A stretch of DNA of 63,867 nt, the filler included, from Phoronis australis (lineage: Eukaryota; Animalia; Phoronida), in the NCBI GenBank assembly GCA_002633005.1. It is 7 parts of 7 records of this genome, joined end to end, with 100 filler letters (N's around TTAATTAATTAA, not from the genome) between each part and the next. Parts side by side here need not be neighbours in the genome. Positions count along the whole stretch, not along the records: positions 37,146 to 51,521 come from NMRA01001557.1; positions 51,622 to 57,751 come from NMRA01000224.1; positions 57,852 to 60,793 come from NMRA01003314.1; positions 60,894 to 63,867 come from NMRA01003300.1; 3 more parts are not named here. One strand, written 5' to 3'. Positions 50,661-61,530 of this stretch are shown in pieces; within the stretch, counting starts at the first letter, position 1, and every line of letters begins with the position of its first letter. Below the pieces are notes generated by a model. The model saw only the letters and a program-made list of their open reading frames with translations. It had not been told where the DNA came from and did no database searches. A program made the translations under genes and the position numbers.

Positions 50661-51401
50661 TTTAGAGAGCAAAAAGCTAAATTGCGACTCAAGTGATAGT
50701 GGAGGACAGTTGTATTATAGTCAGTAGGTCAGCACAAGCTTCAGCAGGGATTAAACCATTGTATAAGTGTGCGTAACCCCGAATATCTGGACGCTTTCGG
50801 ACGGCATCTAACATCCAAGATCCAACAAATATTGAATTCAAGTGGGTTAAATTGCATACAATTGCAAATATTTGTAACTTCTAGTGCTTGTTTCGCGAGA
50901 ACCTGACAAAAATTTTCAAGCAGTGCCCTAGAAGCAATTTTAGATACTATTTCTCAAGCTTGGCGTCCATATTTCGACACGGAATCTTTTAGAGATGTAA
51001 ACTGTCGAACATGGAATTTTCCGTGTCAAATGCTGATGGTTAAACACAAAAGGCATTACTTGTGAACATGGCTTAAATCTATGCTCCTACAATACAATAA
51101 ACACTAAAAAATCGTAAGCTAGCGTATGTAAAAGATAATCAACACTAGACGATTGTTAACACATCAACAAATGCCTTGGTTTTGTCATATTTGTCCTGGG
51201 TAACACATTCTGATTGAAATGAATCCCTGGTCAGGGAATGATGCCAGCAGCCACTCCCATATTCACATACATAGAGTGAGTAAGTGAAATTCACTTCTTC
51301 ATGTATCATCAAGACAAAACGTGTTAAGTTGGCAATCGTGCGGGAGTGTACCTTCAAGCAATCAACAATTTTGCCAGAAGACAAGCCCCTTCTACACTTA
51401 C

Positions 51402-51461
51402 CTCATGGCTGTCTAGACCCATTTCCCGGAAGTCCCGTTCCAGATCACTCACATTTCGGAC
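51402..51461 (-). CDS. Coding exon (60 bp, phase 0-0) VRNVSDLERDFREMGLDSHE
   Basis: Acceptor CTTTTTGTTCACAG|GTC and consensus donor GAG|GTAAGT; the frame is open. Confidence 0.7.
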
Positions 51462-51621
51462 CTGTGAACAAAAAGTTTTAGAAATTTTTTTGAAATAGTG
51501 AGAACTTAATGAAGTGCTGTANNNNNNNNNNNNNNNNNNNNNNNNNNNNNNNNNNNNNNNNNNNNTTAATTAATTAANNNNNNNNNNNNNNNNNNNNNNN
51601 NNNNNNNNNNNNNNNNNNNNN

Positions 51622-52190
51622 CGCAACCATGAAATAACCCTATACAGATCAAGATGTGGTCTATTCCTAAACAACGAGAAATTTAGACATAATTTTAATA
51701 TTTCGGCTCTGTGTTCCTGTGGAGATACCCAGACATATCCTCATGTTTTCTTTGCTTGTGAGGTATGCAAGGAGGAGAGGGTACAGCTCTTCCAGGCACT
51801 CGAACAATACCCCAATGTTTATAAAAAATACTCTGAAATTCCGCAATTGTACAACAAAATTAATTTCTTTCTATATGGATGTCAACAACTTAACTCAAAC
51901 GAAAATATGGTTTTATTTGAAATAGTATCAGAATTTCTTTATAACATTAAATCTCTTTGTGTGAGTGGATAGAATTTTATACATCTGTATGAAAATATAT
52001 TATTTTCATTCGTTGTCATATATCATTGTATTCTTAACATCAGTTTTTTATTTATGTATTTGTATATAATCATTGTATATAGACTTCTTTGTATTTTTTT
52101 ACCCAGATCTAATGCCTCTTGGCGCTTTCTGGGTTATGTATATTCATTGTATTCTGAAGATTTCGTAATAAACATTAAAAAGAAAAAAAA
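51622..52190 (+). mobile_element. 3' end of a CR1-group LINE: open ORF2 C-terminus (51622-51972), 3' UTR, AATAAA and A-tail
   Basis: Open 116-aa frame RNHEITLYRSRCGLFLNNEKFRHN..LCSCGDTQTYPHVFFACEVCKEERVQLF..FLYGCQQLNSNENMVLFEIVSEFL (CxCG..H..C finger). It is absent from the ORF track because it starts at a gap. Confidence 0.85.
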
Positions 52191-52269
52191 ATTAAGCGAC
52201 GGTTTTATGATAGGTTATTAAAATGGGGACCGAGTAAACAAACGAAATATATTGTATGCACCAACTCAC

Positions 52270-52284
52270 CTTAGTCGAGCTCAT
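52270..52284 (-). CDS. Putative first coding segment MSSTK
   Basis: TAA-ATG AGC TCG ACT AAG|GTGAGT; phase 0, compatible with exon 51461-51402. Confidence 0.5.
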
Positions 52285-53215
52285 TTAGCCAGTATTGATG
52301 AGTCAAGGTGTCTTCGTTGGTAGATGTCTGACCCAGTCAAACAGGCACGGTAAGTAGTTGTTTCACCATTGTACTGTTCGGTGTTCCGTTGTTAATTCAC
52401 ATTTATCGGTTTGTGAAACGTTATGAAGATGGTAAGATTTATTAGCCTTCTAGTTCTTACACGTCACATCACGTTACCTGGTCGGATAGTATAACGTGTC
52501 CAAATTTTGAGAACCAGTTTTCTCCACTGAATAACACAATCGGCAAAAACCGGAGACGCGCGGATTGGAATTGACTGACAAGTCAACTTAGATCCAGTTC
52601 GAATTTAAAATTTGCGACTTAGTCTTACCTGATTAGTGCTGCAAACTTCGCAACACTCCTTACCCTAGAATTAATGACCTTCAATCGCTGTATCACTGCA
52701 CCTGATCAACTTCTTCTCCCTAGGTTACTCATCGTTCCGGTATAGACGAAAGAATTGGGAACCGTGATTTATTGAAAAAATGTAGCATGGTTGAGTCAAA
52801 ATAATTATTTTGAAATTGTTTGGCATCATCATCTAATTCTATATTTAATGAAAAACGTTCATACTTTTAAATAATGAATGATTAGGTTTAAATGATACAT
52901 TTCAGACACTCAATAATTTTCAGTTGTTAAATGATGTCGAAGCAATTTCTACAATTTCAGGGATTGCTTCATTTGCAACTAAATGTTAACTTGAATGACG
53001 AATGATTTAATTCATCAATGAATTATTTGTTGATAATTTAGCAGAGAAATAATCATTCAAGCCAAATTGTGTGTCCTCTCCACCTTACTGAACGTCTCAT
53101 CAATTCATCACTAAAATCAAGAAGAACGTCACACTTTCTCAAGTCAAATCCTTTTATTCGTTTTTCAGTGTGTACATGCTGTGACGCCAGTGGTGTAATG
53201 GCAAAAATTAGAAGT

Positions 53216-53335
53216 AAGTAGGCGCCCAAGCCCACCGCATCATCTTGAGCACTGAACGTAACCTACGGTGCGTAGGCGCTACGTCCAAATGCCAAAATGT
53301 GGTTGGCTGCGCCTACGTGCGCCTACGCCCCACTA
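53216..53335 (-). repeat. Dispersed ~120 bp repeat, copy 2
   Basis: Reverse complement of 4522-4645. Confidence 0.8.
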
Positions 53336-53819
53336 AAGTACTGTTCACTGCTCCAAAAATATCTAAACTTTCAGACTCAGGAGTAATTTTTATACTTTTA
53401 CATGCAAAAATAAACGATTCTTCGGTTATTAGATGCACCTATGATGAAAAGAACGCCCGGGTACAAAAACACTTTGTTCGGATTTCATGTAGACAATGAC
53501 CACCGTCTAGCTGGCCAGTACAACTAGAGATGGTGGTCACTGTCTAGATTCATTTTCAATGAGCATGCAAATTTGCCCGCATGTCTTAACACGGAAAATG
53601 AGTATACATTTGCATTTTTAAAACTGAGGATATAAAGTAGGAATATTAATGAATTATCAACCACGATACATTCATCAAATCCATGTCAAGATCGCATCGC
53701 AGCATGACTGAAAAGTTTAGGGCCGCTGCCCCTCAGCCTCACCCAAGGAACCTCGCGCACGCCGAGTTGAATCTGAATGTAGTTAGTATGGCACCCTGTC
53801 CGCGCACCACCCATGCCCA

Positions 53820-54272
53820 TGGGCAGCGCAGCACTGAAATAAGTGGGGAGGCTATAGACTTCCAGCCCCCTATGGTACGTCGCCCAGGCTCCAGATGTTG
53901 TCCTTGCATGCTTTAGAGTCGTGAGCAGTCAATCAATAGGTAGTGAACTGTCGGAGTTCTGACTTTGGAATTGGGGAAATTCGAAGTAGTGAATTTTCGA
54001 AGGTAGCGAACCTTCGGAGTCATAGTGAGCCTTCAGAGTTGTGGACCATCGGCATACATGTAGTGACATGTAACCTTGGAAATTTTTTCCATCAAGTTTG
54101 TTGCTCGTATGAAGTCTGCGGGACTGTGCCATGGGCAGCGCACCACAGGGAGCTGGGGGGCTATAGCCCCCACTTTTTTCAGTGCTACGCTGCACGTGGT
54201 CTATAGGCGGTGCACCACAGGAGGGCTGAAGGGGCTTTAGCCCCTCCACTTTTTTCAGTGCTGCGCCGCCCA
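53820..54272. repeat. Cluster of three ~65 bp mini-elements (53820-53886 inverted, 54132-54194, 54204-54272); fourth copy at ~26372-26432
   Basis: Shared GGC.G.GCACCACAGG..GGCT..AGCCCC..CACTTTTTTCAGTGCT.CGC with short terminal inverted repeats. Confidence 0.75.
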
Positions 54273-55704
54273 GGTATGCGCCATGGACACTGATTGACAC
54301 GAGAAGAGTGACTTTCTTTATTGACCAAAGTTGAGGTCTAGGCCTTCTTTTCCCTGAAGTGAAAATGCTTGACGGGATTTTCTCAGTGCTGGAAAATAAA
54401 TAAAACACGGTAGTTGAATGTCAAATTTCCCAATCCACAATCAGAGTGGACACTGGATGAACAACATATTTGCATATTTGACGATCACGATCAATTCAAA
54501 ACTTGAAAATACCTGCACTTTACAGTACTATGCCAGAAATTAAACCAAAATAGTAGAAAAACAAATCACAAATTACGGCTGTTCTGTTTCTTTGCCGATT
54601 TTAAGGCATTCACATCGCACTACTTTTTGGAAGCTCTCTCGTTGCTATATAGCTTACTTAGGTCATAGGGCAAGCATCTGTGCCTACAGTAGGTATAGCT
54701 TCACTTTTGCATTCCCTTGTTATCCTTTGGTATTGCCACCACGCGCATTCAATGCTTATCAAGACTCCTCTTGTCGTCTGCACAATATCTTGTCATCTAC
54801 ACAAACACTACTCGGGCGAAGTTGGCCGGGTACCGCCCGATGCCATGTGAAGCGCTTTGAATCAGAAGCAATTTCAAAATTATTACTTACTTAGTTATCA
54901 TTGTAGTTAGTAGTACGAATAGCTGCAACAATTTTTTGTTGTTATCCACTTATATCCTTACATAAAAATAATAGCTTTAACGGATATGCTGGGACTGNCC
55001 CCCCCCCCCCCCCGGCTACAGGCCTGCTTACAGTAACTACAGATATTTGGATATGTCAGTGAACTCCCTACGTAGTCGGTGATGCCGTGCATCATTATTG
55101 TCATTGCTTCTTGTGTTTTATTCACTTATCACGCTGTTTATTTTTTTTATAGGTAGTAGTTTATCTTTCGCCGCTGTGGTTTAGTTTCTTTAGTAAGCCG
55201 GTTCATTCCAGTGGTTACATCATCGACTATAGATAGGACTTAACGAGTACCTATAGGTTACATATAGCATTTGCGTAGACTGAATAGTAGCTTGACCGGC
55301 CGGCTATTATTACGTATGAGCTAGCATCTGTATGTTACGCGGGTTTTTGGTGACAAGTGTTCTCGAATTTAGCGCCATTCGTAGATCTGTATCGCCGAAT
55401 GTGTTTTCCTGTTGGCCCCGACCAGAGGCGATGCAGCTCCTATAGGCGCTCCATACGCCGGAAGCTTTTTGGCAAATTATGCCTCGCACTGGCTAAAACA
55501 TGAAAGTCACGTTGTTATGAATACCTTTTGCGTATGGAGGGACACCTTAGGAGGTTGGCGGTGTGTTTAATTCCTTCCAACTCGAACAAATACTCCCGTT
55601 ATCGAACTTTTTGTTCGAGCAGCCCCTCGTTCAGTTCCCAAAATCGTGAACTCACCATTTTTATACTTAGCAAGCTCCAATTTTTACCGCGCTCGCTAGG
55701 TGAT

Positions 55705-55834
55705 TGTTGCATCGCTAGTTAGTCTAATAAAACAAGTATTAAATCAGGAACTAACGTGTATTGTGTATGTCAGACGATCGACGTACCGGAAGTGACTCCT
55801 TACATTTACACTATTCGAATGTAACAACACTACA
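55705..55834 (-). repeat. 3' LTR (~130 bp, TG...CA) of the Gypsy element
   Basis: On the minus strand, PPT GGGAGGAG (55842-55835) is followed by TGTAGTG ... AATACA ... GCAACA. Confidence 0.6.
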
Positions 55835-56114
55835 CTCCTCCCATACTACAGAGTGAAGATTCCTACTCAATACAAGTTCCAGAAGATCTAAACAGAACGT
55901 GACAACTTGCCAACCAATAAAGGTTAATTAAGTGGCACCTAAGATCTAGTGCAAACTGATGCACTAAATGAAAACAGAAGTAAACAACTACATGCTACTT
56001 GAATGCTAGAGTAATCTTAAACAAGTAAGAACAAGAACTTAATTACTAACTCTAAAGTCTATGTGATAAACACTGTTTGTAATAGTCTCTCGCACACAAT
56101 CGGATTGACGGCAA

Positions 56115-57098
56115 CTAACGGGTTAGTACATAGTCCTTTAAATAGTCTGGCGGACGTCGGTCACGATTGGGTCTGGAGGTTTGCGATGTAGCTGGAATCT
56201 CATCACTTGGGGAACTGGGACTAGATGTAGACAGTTTCTTGGTAGATGTAGTAGATGTTATAGTATCGATCTTGGTAGATCCATCTCCTTTGTCTTCTTC
56301 GTTGGTGTCGAATTTACCGTGGATCTGTCGGAAGTGTGAGGAATTACGGGTTATCATCTGCTGTCCTCGTTGTGCTGTAATCATGCTGCCTTTCTTATCA
56401 GTGACAGTGAAAGGTGACGGTTGGAATGGCGGTGTTGTTTTGTTCAACTTGGGTTGCTTCACTAGCACGGAATCTCCAGGTCGCAGATTCGAAGTCTGTG
56501 TATGTCGGCGGTTATCAGCATATGACTTTATCTTGGCCTTGCTGGAGGTGTCATTCTCAACGATGCGATTGTGAACTGAAACGTTGTTGGGACACTGATG
56601 TATGGTGGGTAGACTAATGTTCATCTTTCGACCAGTGAGGGCTTCAAACAGAGATGTCTTGGTAGATGAGTGAGGCGTCGCTCTGTACTGGGAAAGAAAC
56701 GTGGGAAGTTGCGTCTTCCAATTCTCTTGGGCTGCTGTTGCTGCTCGTATGTACTTATTCAGAGTTCGCATGAATCTCTCTGCTTCGCCATTTGCTTCTG
56801 GCCACAACGGCGTAACTTTCTTGTGAACGATTCTGAACTGTTGGGCGAAGGCTGAGAACTCATGGCTGCTGAATGGCGGTCCATTGTCGGTCTTGAGCTT
56901 GTGAGGGTTGCCTTGTCGAGCAAAGATCATCTCGAGTATCGGAATCACAGCCTTAGCTGAAGTAGATGAGACGATTTCTACTTCTGGATATCTGCTGTAT
57001 TCATCTATAACTACAAGAAGATATTCTCCCGTAGGAAATGGACCCGCAAAATCAATGGCGAGGGAATGCCACGGTTCCACTGGAAGGTCAGTAGGTAC
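56115..57098 (-). CDS. pol: Gypsy (Ty3) integrase: DDE core + GPY/F C-terminal module, 5'-truncated pol
   Basis: PWHSLAIDFAGPFP, VVIDEYSRYPEV, TDNGPPF, WPEANGEAERF, YRATPHSST, GDSVLVK..PFTV..RNSSHF, RRPPDYLKDY; the frame is uninterrupted. Confidence 0.95.
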   Translation of the reverse strand, partial: VPTDLPVEPWHSLAIDFAGPFPTGEYLLVVIDEYSRYPEVEIVSSTSAKAVIPILEMIFARQGNPHKLKTDNGPPFSSHEFSAFAQQFRIVHKKVTPLWPEANGEAERFMRTLNKYIRAATAAQENWKTQLPTFLSQYRATPHSSTKTSLFEALTGRKMNISLPTIHQCPNNVSVHNRIVENDTSSKAKIKSYADNRRHTQTSNLRPGDSVLVKQPKLNKTTPPFQPSPFTVTDKKGSMITAQRGQQMITRNSSHFRQIHGKFDTNEEDKGDGSTKIDTITSTTSTKKLSTSSPSSPSDEIPATSQTSRPNRDRRPPDYLKDYVLTR

Positions 57099-57101
57099 AT
57101 T

Positions 57102-57290
57102 GGGGCTATTCGGAAAATCTGCAATAACTAGAGGGCGTGAGTGTACTAGTGGTGATAGATTAACAGCCTCGATTTCGCGAGCCCTTTAAATACATGGTGA
57201 AATGGCTTGCAGCCGTGCCAACTGGATCTGAGATTGCGTAAAAAGGGTGCTTCTATGAGAAGAAGTAAGCACGACCTCATACAAAGGTAA
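57102..57290 (+). mobile_element. End of an ISL2EU/Harbinger-like element with a SAP-domain-like exon, abutting the integrase
   Basis: Terminus GGGGCTATTCGG at 57102. Positions 57201-57286 encode NGLQPCQLDLRLRKKGASMRRSKHDLIQR, followed by donor AG|GTAAGG. Confidence 0.45.
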
Positions 57291-59225
57291 GGTTTGTGAT
57301 TATTTTAACGATTATTCCATGATTATTCTACCGATGCTTGTTAACTGAGGCACTCGCCGATGTCGACTTCGCGGCAGTCAGTCGCCAGCCAGAGTCTGGT
57401 TAATCTTAGTATGTTGTGATATGTGATACGATACTTGACGTAGCAATCGGGATCTTTTCGTACATCAAAGCATTATTATTGTTTGGAATGATTTCTAAAA
57501 GTTTATCAGTGACAGTTACATCAATCAATGCTGAATTTTATGCTGTCAACTCGATACAGGTTAATGAGTTAAGATTACAATCCAATCCCAATGGCAAAGG
57601 GTACGTGAGTGATAAATATCCATTGCATTAGACTATTTGTTTACTCCCTATCATATGTCTTCTGGAAATCTATTACACGTTGAAATGGAAATCTATCACG
57701 TCAGTTTTCACGTAACCTTTGGTTTTTAGGTTTGAAGGCTTGTTCCGTGCANNNNNNNNNNNNNNNNNNNNNNNNNNNNNNNNNNNNNNNNNNNNTTAAT
57801 TAATTAANNNNNNNNNNNNNNNNNNNNNNNNNNNNNNNNNNNNNNNNNNNNAGGTGTTGGAAAACCCCTTGTTGAAACACAGGCTGACCGAGTTTCTATG
57901 ATGGCTGCCTCCCTAAGGGAATGATATAAAATTGACCGAATTCCTTCAACCTCCAGACACGTCAAAATTTACAGAAACACCAGTTTCTTTGATGGTTGAT
58001 TCTCATTGGCAAAAATCTACTGCATTTTGAGTGTCCAGTTATAGATTTACCCGAACGTTCAGCATTTATGTTCACATAGGTATCGTCTTTTTCTTAAAAG
58101 ATTAGCTTTTAATTGTCAAAAAATCGTACATGAATCAGTCGACTTTTCGAAGATACATAAACAAATATACAAGAAACCAGTGAACCCTCGCAGGTTACCA
58201 AAATAAAATAGCCTTGATATGTTGGTTCTTGAGATGGCGACACAATAGAAAAGGGTCACCCAGTGCGTCTGCTGAGTTAACTGGAGTTTGTTCAGTAGCA
58301 ATTTGTTAGAAATCCGAAATTCACTGTTTGTGATTTGTGTGCCATTCCGTCAGGCATGTGCTCAGGTGCCCTTCTTGATTGGCAACAGGTAGAGCACGAG
58401 AGACGAACCTCTTATGAGGCTTTCGGGCCCTCTCTCAGGAGGTTTCAGAAGTTCTTCGTTTTAACATGAATTCTAGTTGATTTCAGTGGTAGCCTGTCAA
58501 GTTGTACAAATCAAACATGCAATTCAAAAATCTTTATTTGCCAGTACAAGTGCTTTAAGCACCTTAATCATTTAGACATGTGCACCGTGCACAGTGATCA
58601 AAAACCATATTCCCCGAGCTTAATCAGCATGTGCGAGTCTCCTACCAATAACTTCCTCTTCAACAACAATGCTTTCCTAATAGCGACCTCCAAGAGAAAT
58701 TCTTATAGGAAAAGCCATCGACAATATTATTTTGGAGGTAATTCACAGCTAGTGATTTTCAATTTTTTTAAACTTTCATCCTTTCAATGACTGTCGGTGC
58801 TATTGGTTTTCTCAGTACAATCTCGCATTATGGGTTGTTAGGGTCTCATGTCTTGATGCTGCTGTGCTTCATATGAGCATGTTCTGCAGTTTTTTCAACC
58901 AATTTGAAAGTCACCTACTTCCCCTCTCCCGCCGCTTCAAGAGAGGTCCTATGCCTCAAAGGGACCCTTTATTATAAAAGATTGTGGTACAAAACACTGG
59001 AAAAGAGTTAGAGTTAATTCCCTCCATGACATGACCTTTGTTCACATAAAAAATACAATTTCACGAAAACCGTGAGGAAAGAAATTGATGACGTCATAGA
59101 TGCTATCGCCAGGACTTCTGTACGTCATGTTTCCAATCAAGTGGTACACACATTCAAAAATAACGGAAGAAAAAGAGCGACGTTCAACTCTATTAATCAC
59201 TTGCCAGAGGCTTTATTGAAATTAA

Positions 59226-59540
59226 AGGGACATTCTCGACGAGAAAAACAATTTACAGAAATTGACAGTAGCACGGAATCGAACCCATTGACTTTGCAGT
59301 GGCAACCAAGCCAAATACCACGCTTTCAGTAGCTGAAGATTATTGTGAGCGTTTTAAATGGTAAAGACACAAAATAAACGTCTGTCAGACAACATCGATA
59401 ATTGGCAATTGGTAATGAAACCGTAAAACACCACTGATTTTGTTGCTATGTAGCTCTGGTCAAAGCTAATAACTTCAAGAAGTATATATCCATAACAATC
59501 CCAAAATTACGTTTTTGGCCACAAAAGCGTCAATGTCCCT
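59226..59540. mobile_element. TTAA-flanked MITE (Kolobok-type ends) with an internal B-box
   Basis: TTAA|AGGGACATT..GACG ... CGTCAATGTCCCT|TTAA, with GGTTCGATTCC on the minus strand at ~59275-59286. Confidence 0.6.
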
Positions 59541-61530
59541 TTAAATATTTGAATCAATTTGCTCTTGAAGATCTTTGCATAACAAGTGTCTTCGGTATAT
59601 TTCGAAGCATGTATGATTAGGACAAGGATCAGGGGCCTTGATACCCCGATTTTGGACCCGAATATTAAAGGTGGAATTAGTTGTGAATGGAGAATGGAGG
59701 GGGGAGGGGTGAATTTTTACCTCACCCAAAAAACTCTCAGAAGGCACAGGTGAAAGACGATCCTCGTGATTTCGAGGGCATTTAGGCGATTTACACCATT
59801 AAAACTACCCCTTAACAACAGTATACTGGCTAGGGCCCCTAAAGGATAAATCCAGCTCTGATAGTTGACAAATGTCTTCTTAAAGTGTCACTCTTTTACG
59901 TCGTTCGCTGTGTCTTTCATATCACGACTGTCCCCTGCACGTACACAGCCTAACGTCTAACCGGTTGCCGCGCGCAACCCTACGCTTGCAAATTACTGGT
60001 GGACACGTGTTTCTTCTCGTGACGCGAATGAAGATTAAGTGTTACGTGTAGTTGACCATTTTCATTTTTTCCTATCAGTAAACATAACTGGCCCAAAACC
60101 AAGCCGTGTGATCATAATTTTATATTAACAAAAGCACAGCTGTTACCATGGCGATAATTGAGCATTTTGAAGGCTACCCCTCATACCTTATGTTTCTTAA
60201 GAACCACATTAATTATATCGTGTTTGTAAAAAAATCTTAGCTATTGTCTCAAAATAGTCTTATCGCCGAATATGTCTGACATAAGTGTAGTATTGATTCT
60301 CAGTTTATTTTTATATCTTTTTATTCTCTTGAGGGCAATTATGAATGCAACTTTGGCAGGATTCTTTGACAATGTATTAGCGTATGCAAACACGGAAGAA
60401 TGTTATATTGTTGAAAAAAGCATTTCACAAGACATATTCCAGGCGGTTAGCTTTTTGCTATTTTCATCAACGGCAAAGCGTTATAGCGCGCGTTGCAATA
60501 TGTAAACGGGATAACGATTTGGCGTGCAAACATCAAATTAATTTGTTGGTACGGTTTTAACTAAGCCATGTTCTGTGTCGCAGTCGAAGATAAAGTAGGT
60601 TACTGCTTAACTTGGTTATATAGATCACAAAAAAAGACATTGCTGACGATGCGTTTACTGAGAGGCAAAGCATATTTTGGGGAAATGGTGGTGCAGCGGC
60701 ACGTAAGTGGAAAGAACAGCTTTGGCCCACTTCCTGTGATAACAATACGGTACCATGTTCGCATGCGACACGTTACGTCATCAGCAACAATGTNNNNNNN
60801 NNNNNNNNNNNNNNNNNNNNNNNNNNNNNNNNNNNNNTTAATTAATTAANNNNNNNNNNNNNNNNNNNNNNNNNNNNNNNNNNNNNNNNNNNNACTGACC
60901 GCAACTCCCCAAACCATCGACGCGTCGACGTTAGTATGAAAGGCCCTCTAGAGAAGGACAGTATAAAAAGTCGCCTATTGTGCTTCTGCGGTTCAGCAAA
61001 TTTGGGTTTGCTGCTTACTGGCCCTCCATAAATAATCTGAAATCAATTATCCTGTCCAACTAAGTTGAGCACACTGTTGTGAAGCATGGCCAAGAAAGAT
61101 GGTGCCAGATTCTTGTCCTAAAATTTACCAGCAGTGTGTGCTGAATTTTGCTGTGGCCAAGAACTGTTGGTTGAGCCTGACTAATCTTGTTTTAGAACTT
61201 CTGAATAATAACCATGTAGTGGTTGTTCTGAGCAAACTAACTTGAACTTTCTAGTCATGTTAGTATAAATATCATCAGGACCACCTTGATTGTTTGCCTG
61301 TGAGCGCTGATATTTACTTACATGGTATTTTTGATCAGATTTTTGTTTAACGAGCTTAAGCACCAGAAAGATCCTAAATTGCCATTTTGAAGTGGCATTT
61401 TTTCAGTGTGATGCATCAGACATCGTAACCATGGTAATCATAATCTTGCTGAGGTTGTGTGATGATGATTTAATGAATTAAACGAGATTTATGTCTCAGT
61501 TTATATTATAATGTCTGCGATTGACAGCAA

